Positions 35,734-46,857 of a stretch of DNA of 64,000 nucleotides are shown one piece after another; the first letter of the stretch is position 1; each line of letters begins with the position of its first letter. Location: contig CATNEN010000001.1 of NCBI GenBank assembly GCA_950097015.1, positions 21,762,001 through 21,826,000 on the forward strand, given 5' to 3'. The translations under genes were made by a program, and so were the position numbers. The DNA comes from Macrostomum hystrix. Taxonomy: Eukaryota; Animalia; Platyhelminthes. The notes below the pieces were generated by a model. It saw only the letters and a list, made by a program, of their open reading frames with translations. It was not told the DNA's origin and did not search any database.

Positions 35734-38700
35734 ATGAATCGACTGTTTGCACTACGCGCTTATGTTCGTGGCTTGGATGATGTCGCTGGACCACTGCTTT
35801 TTGTAAGTACTTAGATAATTAGCTTCAGTTTACTACTACCTAAAGATTAAAAGTAGCTAAGATCTAAGAGAATCTAAATATCTGGCGGAATCTGATTTCG
35901 TTTGTTCTGCATGAGAAAACACTTTATATGCATTTTTTCACAAACCTGCATATTAAATTTGCTAGCTAAATTCTTAGTTAATGTAGAGCTCTAGGCTATT
36001 AATTAAGCAACAGCCTGCAAAATTTTCTGGCTAATGGATAGGTATGTTGTAAAGTGTAAACTCACATCAAGATACCATATTGTATAATATTAGTTTGATA
36101 AGATTTCTAAATCCTTGAATTTATATTTTCTACTAAAACTATTTAATACTATATTTTTTGTAATCAATAACATTGTTATTACCTCTTTTGCTTTTTAAAT
36201 GATTAATGTTAGGGCCTATTTTTAAACATAAGGGCACTAAAGTTGATCTTCCTAAATGGACTGTTTAAACTTAAATCCTATATCTTTGAGTAAAATATAT
36301 CTTACAAGTTTTCTGAATTAATTCTTAGACAATTCTCAGCATGTTTTATAACTTGTAGGCCTAAAGAAGAAGAACCATAGATTTCTACATTTAATGGCCC
36401 CATAGTTGCCTTATCTGCTCTATTTTAGTGCTAGGCCTATTGCATTATTTTGATTCAACTGAACTACTGCGTTATTATTGAAACACATTTAGATTTAATT
36501 CTGCACTAAATAAGGTAATAAGTCAACATTGTTTGCCATCCTATAAGTCTAAGCCAAAACTTTATACTTTCCATAATTTTGTTGTTTAATTTTATAATCT
36601 TGCTAACTTAAGTTGTTATCAAAGTAACAACTGATTAACTAAGCTGGTTAAGCTAAATCTTAAAATAATTGTGATAGTATAATGTAAATGTCAAAGTATT
36701 GCTAATTATACTTAAGCTTAAAAATGTATTGTTTTTTCTTTATTAGTATTTGGCCAACTGAGTGCTAAGTCTAGAGTAATGAGGCAAACCCTTAACTTAA
36801 GGCACAATCATTTAGACAACAAGTTCTGGGACAATAAGAGGTTGTAGTGTCTAAAAATCATAAAGTCATTCACAATAGTTTTAGCGTGCATAGGAAGGAG
36901 TCTTGCTAGCTTTGGTTCTATTGTTATCATTTTCTCAAGCCCAACAGCAGTTTTTATTCTAAATACAAAAAAACTAATTTCAGTAAACAAGTGCAGTGAT
37001 GAAGGCTTGATTTTTAGGTTGCTGAGAGGTCAAAAGTATAAGTAAGCAATTAGAAAGTTAATTACAGCATCAAACATACATCTAACTGTCTTGATAGTGT
37101 TGCTATTACTTCCCCTTTCACTGTGTGCTTGTATGTGCCCTTGTATTGTTCCTTGTACATCTTTTCGCCTTCTATCTGTTCAACTTATTATCTAACCTTC
37201 ACTTATCTTCACTATCTTTCCTTTCCCCTGCCTCTGATTGGCTAGCTATCTAACCTTCACTTATCTTCACTGTCTTTCCTTTCCCCTGCCTCTGATTGGC
37301 TAGCTACTTGTCTCTCCTAGCACCCCCCTTTTTAGCTCTTACCCTCTAGCCTGCCATTTTCGATTCGTTCAGTGCTGTAAATAGTGGCTCTTAAGACTCA
37401 TTTAAATTAAAAAAGTTGCTACAAGTTTGAATGCAAAGCTGTCAATCATGCACCAAACCTGGCGATGCAAATAGGTGGTTTAGCTGCTGTTGTAAAATTT
37501 TTACGTAAAGAAAGCCATTGCTTTCTGGCCCGAACTCTTCACCTAAGGATCAGCTGAGCATGCTCAAATAATCAACAACTACCTGTTCACCCCCACCTCA
37601 ATGTGCAAGGGTATTGTCCAGCTACTGAGCTGTGCTAACATTTTACATTACTTTTGTTAATTTGATGCAATAAAATGAATAAAAAATGTCACTTTCGCGC
37701 AGTGCCGCCGCTTAGCCCAGACGGACTCGGCGGTGACGCTGAAGTCGCCAGAGCATCAAAAGTTCAGCCGCATGGCCGAGGTTGATCCCGAGGCGGAGTT
37801 CTCGCCGGATCATTCGCCATCGGCCAAGGCTGTGGCCAGAGCCAATCGGGTGCATCTGAGCCTAGACCACAAGCCCGGCGTGCCGCTAGGCGAAGTGGAA
37901 GTCGAGCGCCTCGTCAACGGCATGATTGTGGCCTCCATTCCCACCGAGTTTCCGGCCTATCACGTGCAGCTAGCTGTGAAAGCTGGACCCCGCTATGAGG
38001 AGCCCTGGAGCATCGGCGCCAGTCACGTGACCAGGCGAATGCTCGGCTTAGCCTCCAAGCCTTTTCGATTCGCCGTCAATCAGAACCGAACCCTCCAGCA
38101 GGTTTGTCTCATTTCAGCTTTCTTTAAAAACTCGCGAAACTATCAGGCCCTGATTCCTCGTGTGCTGTCAATAGAATCATCAGGTTAGACTTACAATCCC
38201 TTCAGATCCTCAGGTAAGACAGTCACTCCCTTCAGATCCTTAGGTAAGACAGTCAATCCCTTCAGATACTCAGGTAAGACAGTCAGTCCCTTCAGATCCT
38301 CAGGTAAGACAGTCACTCTCTTCAGATCCTTAGGTAAGACAGTCAATCCCTTCAGATCCTCAGGTAAGACAGTCAATCCCTTCAGATCCTTAGGTAAGAC
38401 AGTCAATCCCTTCAGATCCTCAGGTAAGACAGTCACTCCCTTCAGATACTCAGGTAAGACAGTCACTCCCTTCAGATACTCAGGTAAGACAGTCACTCCC
38501 TTCAGATACTCAGGTAAGACAGTCAGTCCCTTCAGATACTCAGGTAAGACAGTCACTCCCTTCAGATACTCAGGTAACACAGTCACTCCCTTCAGATACT
38601 CAGGTAACAGTCACTCCCTTCAGATCCTCAGGTTCTTGCACTGTCCATCACAGATCCCTAGTAACCTAAAATTATTCTCCCTGATTCTCCCATTCCCAGG

Positions 38701-39962
38701 TTGGCGCTAACGTGGAGTTTCGTGGCCTTCGCGAGGTCAACGCCTACACCCTGTCGCACTACAAATTTCGAGACGACGCAGTTGACATCGCCGCTACGGC
38801 GTTCGCCTTCGCCAGCACGCAGCCGGCCTTCTATCCGTGGGAGATCAAGCGCAACGCTGAGCTTGTCAGGTCTGATCTCGCCAACATTCGCGGCAGCACG
38901 GCCTACTTGACCGAACGCTTCCACACTGCGGCCTACAAAACTGGCCTGGCGAATTCTTTGTTCTGCCCGGAGCACCGCATCGGCGAAGTCAACGCTGACG
39001 TCCTGGAAGAGTACTTTGCCCAGTTCTACACACCGGACCGGTTCGCTCTAGTTGGAGTTGGCCTGCCACTGGCCACCATGAAGGATCTGGCTCACAAGCT
39101 GTGCTTCCTGGAGCCCAGGCAGCTGCCGCAGGCCCCGGCGTCGCAGTGGCGCGGCGGCGAGTGCCGATACGACAACGGCAACCCGACTGTGCAGGTGGGA
39201 AGGCCCTTCACACACCTGTCCCCAGGTGTCCCTTCACACACCTGTCCCCAGGTGTCCCTTCACACACCTGTTCCATGGTGACCCTTCACACGCCTGTCCC
39301 CAGGTGACTCTTCACACACCTGTCCCCAGGTGACCTATTACACACACCTCAGACAACCTCCTGCTGTCATCTCCATCCTCCAGATGATCATCGGCGTTGA
39401 AGGTCGCGCGCTCGGCCACGCCGACTCGGCCGCCCAGTCGGTGCTTGCCGCGCTCCTGTGCGGCGGTCCCGGTCTCGACTGGGACTCTGGCCGGCTGTCT
39501 CCGGCTGGCGCAGCCGCCGCAGCCGCCGTGAAGTCGGCTGCACCCAGCCACGTTGGCGCTGTTAACCTTCAGTACTCGGACTCTGGCGCATTCGGCTTTC
39601 ACATTGTCTGCGGCTATGAAGACGCCGGCTCTGTTTCGAAGGCTGTCACCGGCACCTTCCGTCAGCTCGCCAGATCTGGCGTCTCCGATGCCGACGTTAA
39701 CGCCGCCAAGGCCGTTGTCGGCCGACAAGCCGCCGAGGCCAAGCTGCAACCTCAGGACCGCCTGACCAGCTTGGCCAGCCGACTGCTGCAGGCGCCGGCC
39801 TCCGGCCTGCCGGCTGTTGACGACGCCTCCGACGAAGCCGCCATAGCCAAGGTGAACGCCGAGCAGGTCAATCAACTGTTGAAGTCGCTGCTGAAGTCAC
39901 CGATAGCCATGGCTAGCATGGGCCGCCTGGACAATGTGCCCTTCAAGGATGACCTGGTCTGA
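35734..39962 (+). CDS. UQCRC2: Cytochrome bc1 complex core protein 2 (inactive M16 peptidase family); exons 35734-35802, 37703-38101, 38700-39194, 39384-39962 (about 513 aa)
   Basis: LVNGMIVAS, VKAGPRYE, GASHV, FYPWE, HTAAYKTGLANSLFCPEHRIG, WRGGECR, YSDSGAFG, GRLDNVPFKDDL. All introns are phase-0 GT-AG. Exon 1 gives a presequence-like MNRLFALRAYVRG (exon 1 is less certain). Confidence 0.85.
37191..37306. repeat. Tandem duplication of about 58 bp
   Basis: TCTAACCTTCACTTATCTTCACT(A/G)TCTTTCC...GATTGGCTAGCTA twice in direct orientation. Confidence 0.9.
38197..38632. repeat. 30-bp minisatellite (TCCCTTCAGATCCTCAGGTAAGACAGTCAC)n in UQCRC2 intron 2
   Basis: Directly visible, about 14 copies. Confidence 0.96.
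39195..39336. repeat. 26-bp minisatellite (CTTCACACACCTGTCCCCAGGTGTCC)n in UQCRC2 intron 3
   Basis: About five copies starting at the splice donor. Confidence 0.9.
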
Positions 39963-40679
39963 GCTGTCAATCACCTGAGAGTGTTTTCCCCACGACTTTC
40001 TTTGAACTGGTTAAAATATGAATTAATACTAAATACTGAATAGCTTTTTCTTGTGAAGTTTTCTGTCGCTTCAGACTCCATAGTTTCTACTACAATTTAT
40101 TGTACGGCTAAACTAAATATATTCGCGAAGCACTTTTTGTCATAGCTACCGTTTTATCTTAACACCATCCGGAAAATATTATATTAGAAAAAATTGTTTC
40201 TCTGCTCTAGCTAGCAATGCCAGTTTCGTCTCCGAGGAAAAAACCTCCTAATAATAGAATGAATACAAACATAAACTAAATGAGATTTTAATATAGTTGT
40301 CTGGTCTACATCAGAACCTGCAATTGCCGTATAATTGGTTCCCAGATTTGTTTGTCTTCTTTTGCAATTTAACGCACAAGGAAAATTTGATATTAGAGAA
40401 AGACATTGTGCCTAAACGACCAACTCGCACTTCTATGTAATATTTAAGGTCATGACATTATTTTATAAAAAGCAAACGAGTCATCATGACTATTTCCTAA
40501 AAAAGAACAAGTTTTTGCTTGAATTCCCTGTAATATTACTTTGAGTAATATTATAAGGGACTAACGCTTATAATGAACGAATTCGTAAATAAAAGCTTGA
40601 ATACTGGCTCTATTGCATTTCAAATAAAAGCTTCTTGCCTAATAAATAAACTCGAGTACTTGTCTATTAGAAGTCGAGT

Positions 40680-43600
40680 TTACGGACTATTGCTGTCAGA
40701 ATCATCCAATTCAGCTTCCTCTAGGCCTGACTTCGCCGCTTCAATGGTGCTCTGCCAGTACTGCAGCCGGCGCGTGTCGCGTAGAAATGCCTCGGCTATG
40801 AACCGCTTTAACAGCCTGTCAGACATGTCCCGCCTAGCCTTGTATTGCAGAATCGTGATTAGCCTATGCACCTGCCAGTACAGGCTGTACACGCTGATCA
40901 TCACGTACACCATCAGTACGAAGGCTGGGGTGCCCGGCTTGTTGCCGTTGGCCACATTCTCGATCTCCGTCCAGGCAAGCCGCAGCACTTCCACCACCAG
41001 AAACTCCAGCAGCGTGCCGTTGAATGTGCAATCTGCCAGTCACCAGTGTGGAATTGCAGGCTGGCCACTCTCTTGAATCTCAGCACCTCCCTGAATCTCA
41101 GCACCTCCCCTGAATCTCAGCATGTCACCTGAATCTCAGCATCTCCCTGAATCTCAGCATCTCCCTGAACTCAGCATCTCCCCTGAATCTCAGCATGTCA
41201 CCTGAATCTCAGCATCTCCCTGAATCTCAGCATCTCCCTGAATCTCAGCATCTCCCCTGAATCTCAGCATCTCCCCTGAATGACAGCATCTCCCCTGAAT
41301 GACAGCATCTCCCCTGAATCTCAGCATCTCCCTGAATCTCAGCATCTCCCCTGAATCTCAGCACCTCCCTGAATCTCAGCACCTCCCCTGAATCTCAGCA
41401 TGTCACCTGAATCTCAGCATCTCCCTGAATCTCAGCATCTCCCTGAATCTCAGCATCTCCCTAAACTCAGCATCTCCCCTGAATCTCAGCATGTCACCTG
41501 AATCTCAGCATCTCCCTGAATCTCAGCATCTCCCTGAATCTCAGCATCTCCCCTGAATCTCAGCATCTCCCCTGAATGACAGCATCTCCCCTGAATGACA
41601 GCATCTCCCCTGAATCTCAGCATCTCCCTGAATCTCAGCATCTCCCCTGAATCTCAGCATCTCCCTTGAATGACAGCATCTCCCCTGAATGGCAGCATCT
41701 CCCCTGAATCTCAGCATCTCCCCTGAATCTCAGCATCTCCCTGAACTCAGCATCTCCCCTGAATCTCAGCATGTCACCTGAATCTCAGCATCTACCTGAA
41801 TCTCAGCATCTCCCTGAACTCAGCATCTCCCTGAATCTCAGCATCTCCCTGAATCTCAGCATCTCCCTGAATCTCAGCATCTCCCTGAATCTCAGCATCT
41901 CCCCTGAATCTCAGCATCTCCCCTGAATGACAGCATCTCCCCTGAATGGCAGCATCTCCCCTGAATCTCGGCATCTCCCCTGAATCTCGGCATCTCCCCT
42001 GAATGACAGCATCTCGCACTCACTGTCTTTGCTGAATGATCCGGCTCTGTGTGTCACAAATAGGTCCGGACAAGGTGTCGGCTTGACCTGGCCCCATGCC
42101 ACGGTGTAGTGATCGTTCGGCACATCAAAGCAGTTCAACCCGTTGGTGCCGACTGTGCCAGGTGGGCAGGCGAGACAGACCACAGCGCTGCCATTGTGCT
42201 CGTATGACTGCTGCAGGCGCATGTCGGTGAGATTGGCGGGCCCGTAACCGCGGGGACAGATGCTGGCAGAGTAGATTCTCAAGGAGTAGTTCAATGCGTC
42301 AATCGGGGAGTCAGCTAGGTTCTGTTTTGGCATCCGAAGCTTCCTGGAAAAATTTTCGGCCAGCGGGTAAGTCTAAAATTAATGCGAATAAAAGAACGCA
42401 CCAGGTGCTAATGGACGAGCTGCAGGGAGTTCACTTTTGTTAGCTTCATTCGATAGGCATGAGTTGGACCGTTCCGACCGTAAAAACAACTACGCCAAGG
42501 ACAATGTCATTGTCACCAAGGTCTTTGACAAGAACCGTTGAATTATCTCGACGATGTCGTGAAGTAGCTCCGGGGGTATCTGAAAAACTCCCGTGTTCTT
42601 TCTATAGGGGAAAAATAGTGTAGTCTTTCTACTGTTAAGGACCTTTGGCTGTATCCATGGCAACTGTGGTATAGTTAGCTGTTCAGTCCATGGACTGGTG
42701 GGGGAGTGGCGCCAATCCCCCTCTGTACTGCCAACCGGGCAAAGTTCATTCAGCTGAAGCACTCTAAAAGATGCCCAAAACGAGACTACACCTGACTGTC
42801 GCTCTGTCCTCGGCGAAATTATCCAAGGTCTCAACGGAGGCCTCGCCAAACTGCAGCAGCGCCATCCGACGACCTTCTAGTAATCGCTGGGCGCACAGCG
42901 TCGATCTCGGATCGCACAGATCAGGCAACTCGTTGGATAAGCTCATTCTGAGCACAAAGTTCACGTGAAACAGATAGTATGGCGCCTTGCCAGTCTTCGC
43001 TGCGGTCTTCAGGTCTTTTTGCAGATCTGTTAGGGGAGTCTTTTTGAAAGCTGCTGCCAATTCGAATAGGTGAGGATACTCGAGCTCCGGACTGCGAACT
43101 GGAGACACGACCGCCTGGTAATTTTTAGGTGGTTGATGTTGCTGAAGGGGCTGATTAAGGATCAATAATATTACGAGCTAATAATAATTGTAGGAGGGCT
43201 GCAGGCAATGGCACATCACTTGGTGAACCTAGACCCGCAGCCAGCTAGGAGGCTAAATTTGTCCATTTCGCTGACTCTTTAGCACACACACACAGATACC
43301 GTACCCAGGCACTCGCTCACACAGGTGTGTACAACTGCCCTGACTTTATCATCGTCAGGCACTGTACACTCTCACTGTGTCTTGGAGGTTGGCCCCTCAA
43401 GGGCGTAAATTGCCACGACAAGCCCCAAATTCTTCTCTCCGTGGCTGCGCCCAAAATGAATGTGGCCTCACTGCGGAATCGAGCTCAGGGACCTTGGTGC
43501 GAGAGGCAAACGTGCTAGAACGCTCTGCCCCTCACCCCAAGGTATACGGCTTTCGTGACAACTAAAACGTTTTCTATGTATCATTCAATGATCTATATAG

Positions 43601-44659
43601 TCAAGATCTATATTTTGTCCTACAGCTAGTATTGAGCAGCGAATTCAGTAGTGGGCCAAGATTGATGAGAACTTTCATTAAAAAACTCACCTCGATGCAG
43701 CGCGGATGTTTGATGCACCAGTCTCGCACAAAGTCGACGCGGCCCAGGTATTCAACGAACTCGGTGAAGTTTTTGCCGTATATGAAGCCCAGACTGACTG
43801 TGGAGGTGAGGGTTGGACCCTCGTAGAAGCTAATGTCGTGCACGGATGTCACGGTGGAATCCGAGTTCCAGTCAAACAGAAGGCACTCAAGCCGAATCTT
43901 GTAGAAGGCCTGCCGATTTGGAATTCGTCTGCGCGTTAAAACTGACTTGCCAACTTACCAAGACAATCGTCTCATGCCCATTCGGTCATGGATCTTTGCA
44001 ATCTCTTGGTTCAACAAAACATGAGATATTCCACGTCACATCTGACAATACCTCCTGACACCTCATTATCTGACACTCTCCGCAGTCTCTTCTGACACCT
44101 CACTATCTGACACTCTCCGCATTCTCTCCTGACACTTCACTATCTGACACTCTCCGCAGTCTCTCCTGACACCTCACTATCTGACACTCTCCGCATTCTC
44201 TCTTGACACCTCACTATCTGACACTCCGCAGTCTCTTCTGACACCTCACTATCTGACACTCTCCGCATTCTCTCCTGACACCTCACTATCTGACACTCTC
44301 CACAGCCTCTCCTGACACTCTCCCTGTGCCTAGCAGTTACAGTCGCCAAGGCGCAATGGTACCTCGCTATGATTGGCCGGCATCCGAAGCAGGCGCAGAG
44401 TCTGGAAGAAGCCGGACCCGACGATACTGCCATCTGGTTGGACCCAGCGGTACAGGGCGGTGCCGCTGTGCATCTGTTCCATGGAACGGCCCGGCCGCAG
44501 TTTGCTCTTATCAAGGCACGGAATGCGCGCTGTCAACCGTGTTGGTATGAACCATGCCTGGCTAAGTAGTTCAGAGCTACTGGAAAATGGCAAGCGAAGT
44601 ATGCCACCAATCAGGATTGGAAATAACGTCAGCCACCGATTGAGAGACACTGTCCGCAT
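40680..44659 (-). CDS. ZPBP/Sp38-like secretory-pathway protein: signal peptide, Ig-like domain, Cys-rich (ephrin-receptor-like) region, one TM segment. Exons about 44659-44341, about 43930-43691, 43114-42792, 42343-42024, 41032-40680; 5' part apparently disrupted
   Basis: Ig-like IPC..YRWVQPDG..(frameshift)RYHCAL; CDPRSTLCAQRL; CPRGYG..CLACPPGTVGTNGLNC..PTPCP; hydrophobic AFVLMVYVMISVYSLYW. The last four exons join in frame at GT-AG sites. Confidence 0.55.
41074..42015. repeat. 19-20-bp minisatellite (CTGAATCTCAGCATCTCCC)n filling an intron
   Basis: Directly visible between exons 42024 and 41032. Confidence 0.96.
43180..43538 (-). mobile_element. tRNA-derived SINE, family A (intronic copy)
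   Basis: Collinear similarity to 10579-10933, including the B box and (ATT)n tail. Confidence 0.85.
44054..44322. repeat. 37-bp minisatellite (CTGACACCTCACTATCTGACACTCTCCGCATTCTCTC)n
   Basis: Directly visible. Confidence 0.93.
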
Positions 44660-44813
44660 AGCTGTGTATCAACGTATTTGAGAGATCTGATCGCCTTTCT
44701 TGCAAAAGTAACAGAACGGCTACGATTTTCGATTGCGACTTTGTCTGTTTTTGTCTGTGGCCCAAGTTTGTGGATACGCAAAATCTCAGGTAAGCGTTAA
44801 TGCCATGGTCATC

Positions 44814-44821
44814 TATTTATA
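44814..44821 (-). promoter_or_regulatory. TATA box (TATAAATA) upstream of the ZPBP-like gene
   Basis: Minus strand GCTATAAATAG, about 155 bp upstream of ATG 44659. Confidence 0.5.
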
Positions 44822-45388
44822 GCACTCAAGTCCAGATCACAGAAAATCCAAACAATGTTTTTGTGTCGGGTCAAAAAAATCATTTTTCTGGATGAAAAAT
44901 AACGTTTCGAGTCTGAGACAAAGAGTATCGAGAGCACATAGCAGTGTTTTTTCTTAGCAATGTCATACCCGAAATGGGGTATCAACCTTTAAAGTAGTAC
45001 CCCCCATTTTCATGAACTTGTACCCATCCAGCAGTTTAAAAAATAACGCAATTTATTTACGCATTTCTATAAACTAAACAATAATCTTGTAAATATTAGT
45101 TTTCACTTACTGAGTTACCACAGCCTTGCAAGGCCTTCAATATTTATCAGCATGTCACCAAATGGGCCTGTCATTGCCGTCTCCGGTATAGTCACCTACT
45201 TTTATCTAGACGGACTGCTGGACCTTCAAGTGCCACAGTACTATAGGCAACTATGGACACCCTGACGAAAATTTCTCAAATTTTACTGATCAAGCCTAAA
45301 AATAGGCGCGCTCAACCTAGTACACCATCGCCTAGTCTGTCAACCAATCAGTCAGTCACAAACGACTCAAAGGTTAGCTTCCAATGAC

Positions 45389-45966
45389 GGGGGCGAGTGG
45401 GTCAGCGGCTAACGTCGCTGCCTCGCACTCCAAAGGACGCTAGTTCGATTCACCCTTCAAGTCACGATTAATTTCGGGACTTGTTGGGGGGTTTGGACAG
45501 TAGCGACCGGCGGAGGTGCACCATTTTTCGTGCAATCAAAACTTGAAATAATAGCTTCGCTCCTACCTTCTGTGTGCCTGTTCTGCGTTGTGTGAGTTGT
45601 GTGCGTTGGCGCTGGGGCGTGAGGCCTTGCGGGGGGTGGCTGGAGGGCGGGTGTACACCGCCGCACGCTTTCTGGACTTCCGTCAGCGCGATTGGATAAG
45701 TGTACACTCATCACCCGCCCCCCCTGAGGACTGATTTCTTATCAGCCTTCCGCCCCGGCTTGGTCTGCTATGTGCGTGTGGGGCTGGGGTGGGGGACACT
45801 GCTGCCTATTCTGGGTGCCTCCTGCCCTCCCCGGCTGGTCTGTGCTGCTGTGTGTGGTGCCTGCTGGGCGCAAAAGCGCCTAGTTCGCCGGTCTGGGGGC
45901 GTGCCGCTCCGTCGCTTGTGCGACAAGGGCCCCGCCCCCCTGCAGATAGATAGATAGAGATAGAGA
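45389..45966 (+). mobile_element. Long (about 580 bp) tRNA-derived SINE, family C
   Basis: tRNA-like head GGGGGCGAGTGGGTCAGCGG...GTTCGATTC, GC-rich body, (GATA)n tail and perfect 14-bp TSD TAGCTTCCAATGAC (45375-45388, 45967-45980). Confidence 0.85.
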
Positions 45967-46857
45967 TAGCTTCCAATGACCAATGACCAATTTGGACCAT
46001 AGACAGCCGGAAGAAAATAGAAAGAAGCAAATTATACGAGTGAATTAGACAAAATAACTATTGCCGTAGTTAAAGGAAGTTCAACACCTTACTGGATGAC
46101 CATTCTTATAGGTTAGCAAATACCAAAAAATCAAAATTAATCAAGTTGTTTTACAGACCCAAAACATCTTGAATACAAAGAGAATAGTGCAAAACGGAAA
46201 ATAACTCAAATTACTGAGTAGGCGAGTTACTAGGAGAAAGTTATTGGGTCAAACGGTCAATAATTAGGCGTTTATGTATTGATAAACGAACAAAATATAT
46301 GCGCCACGCAAGCCACGCGGAAATATTGACGTTCCAATTAAAAAGCACTCACAAAAATAATATTAAACTAGCGAACTAATTTAAAAAACTTCAGTTAGAA
46401 TTTTTAAGCACAGCCACGCATGTACGATCCTAGTTCGTAGAACACTATTAGTCGATTGAAAGCTAAAATTATATAATTATGTAACGTTAAAAGTATAAAT
46501 GAAAATATTTAAAGAAGCATTAACAAACACCTAAGAACCCATAATTGATAAGGAGCTCACTTGATGGCTACGTTAATAATGTCTGGAAAGTTTTTTATCG
46601 AACATAAATTTAGTAATAACATCTATTTCAACATGTTGATAAATAGTGGCTTTTAAAATAACGGCTTGGATAACAAAAATAAAACGGATTTGATAGTAAT
46701 TGCTTACTTCCTCCTTGTCGCTTTTTTTGGGGATGTCGATCTAAGAGACATTTTGTAACAGCCATGGTCTGAACATGGTATAGACTATTGAAAAATCGGC
46801 AATATAAAAAACAATCAGTCTAAAAGTTCACTTCGAAACTACCAATAATTCTTCCCT

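Noticed and set aside
42495-42630. Similarity to 48700-48930
   Set aside because: Short degenerate dispersed repeat without ends or coding capacity; cannot be classified.
45389-45460. tRNA gene
   Set aside because: No proper acceptor stem; it continues into a TSD-flanked body, so it is a SINE head. The same applies at 10860-10933 and 33655-33728.
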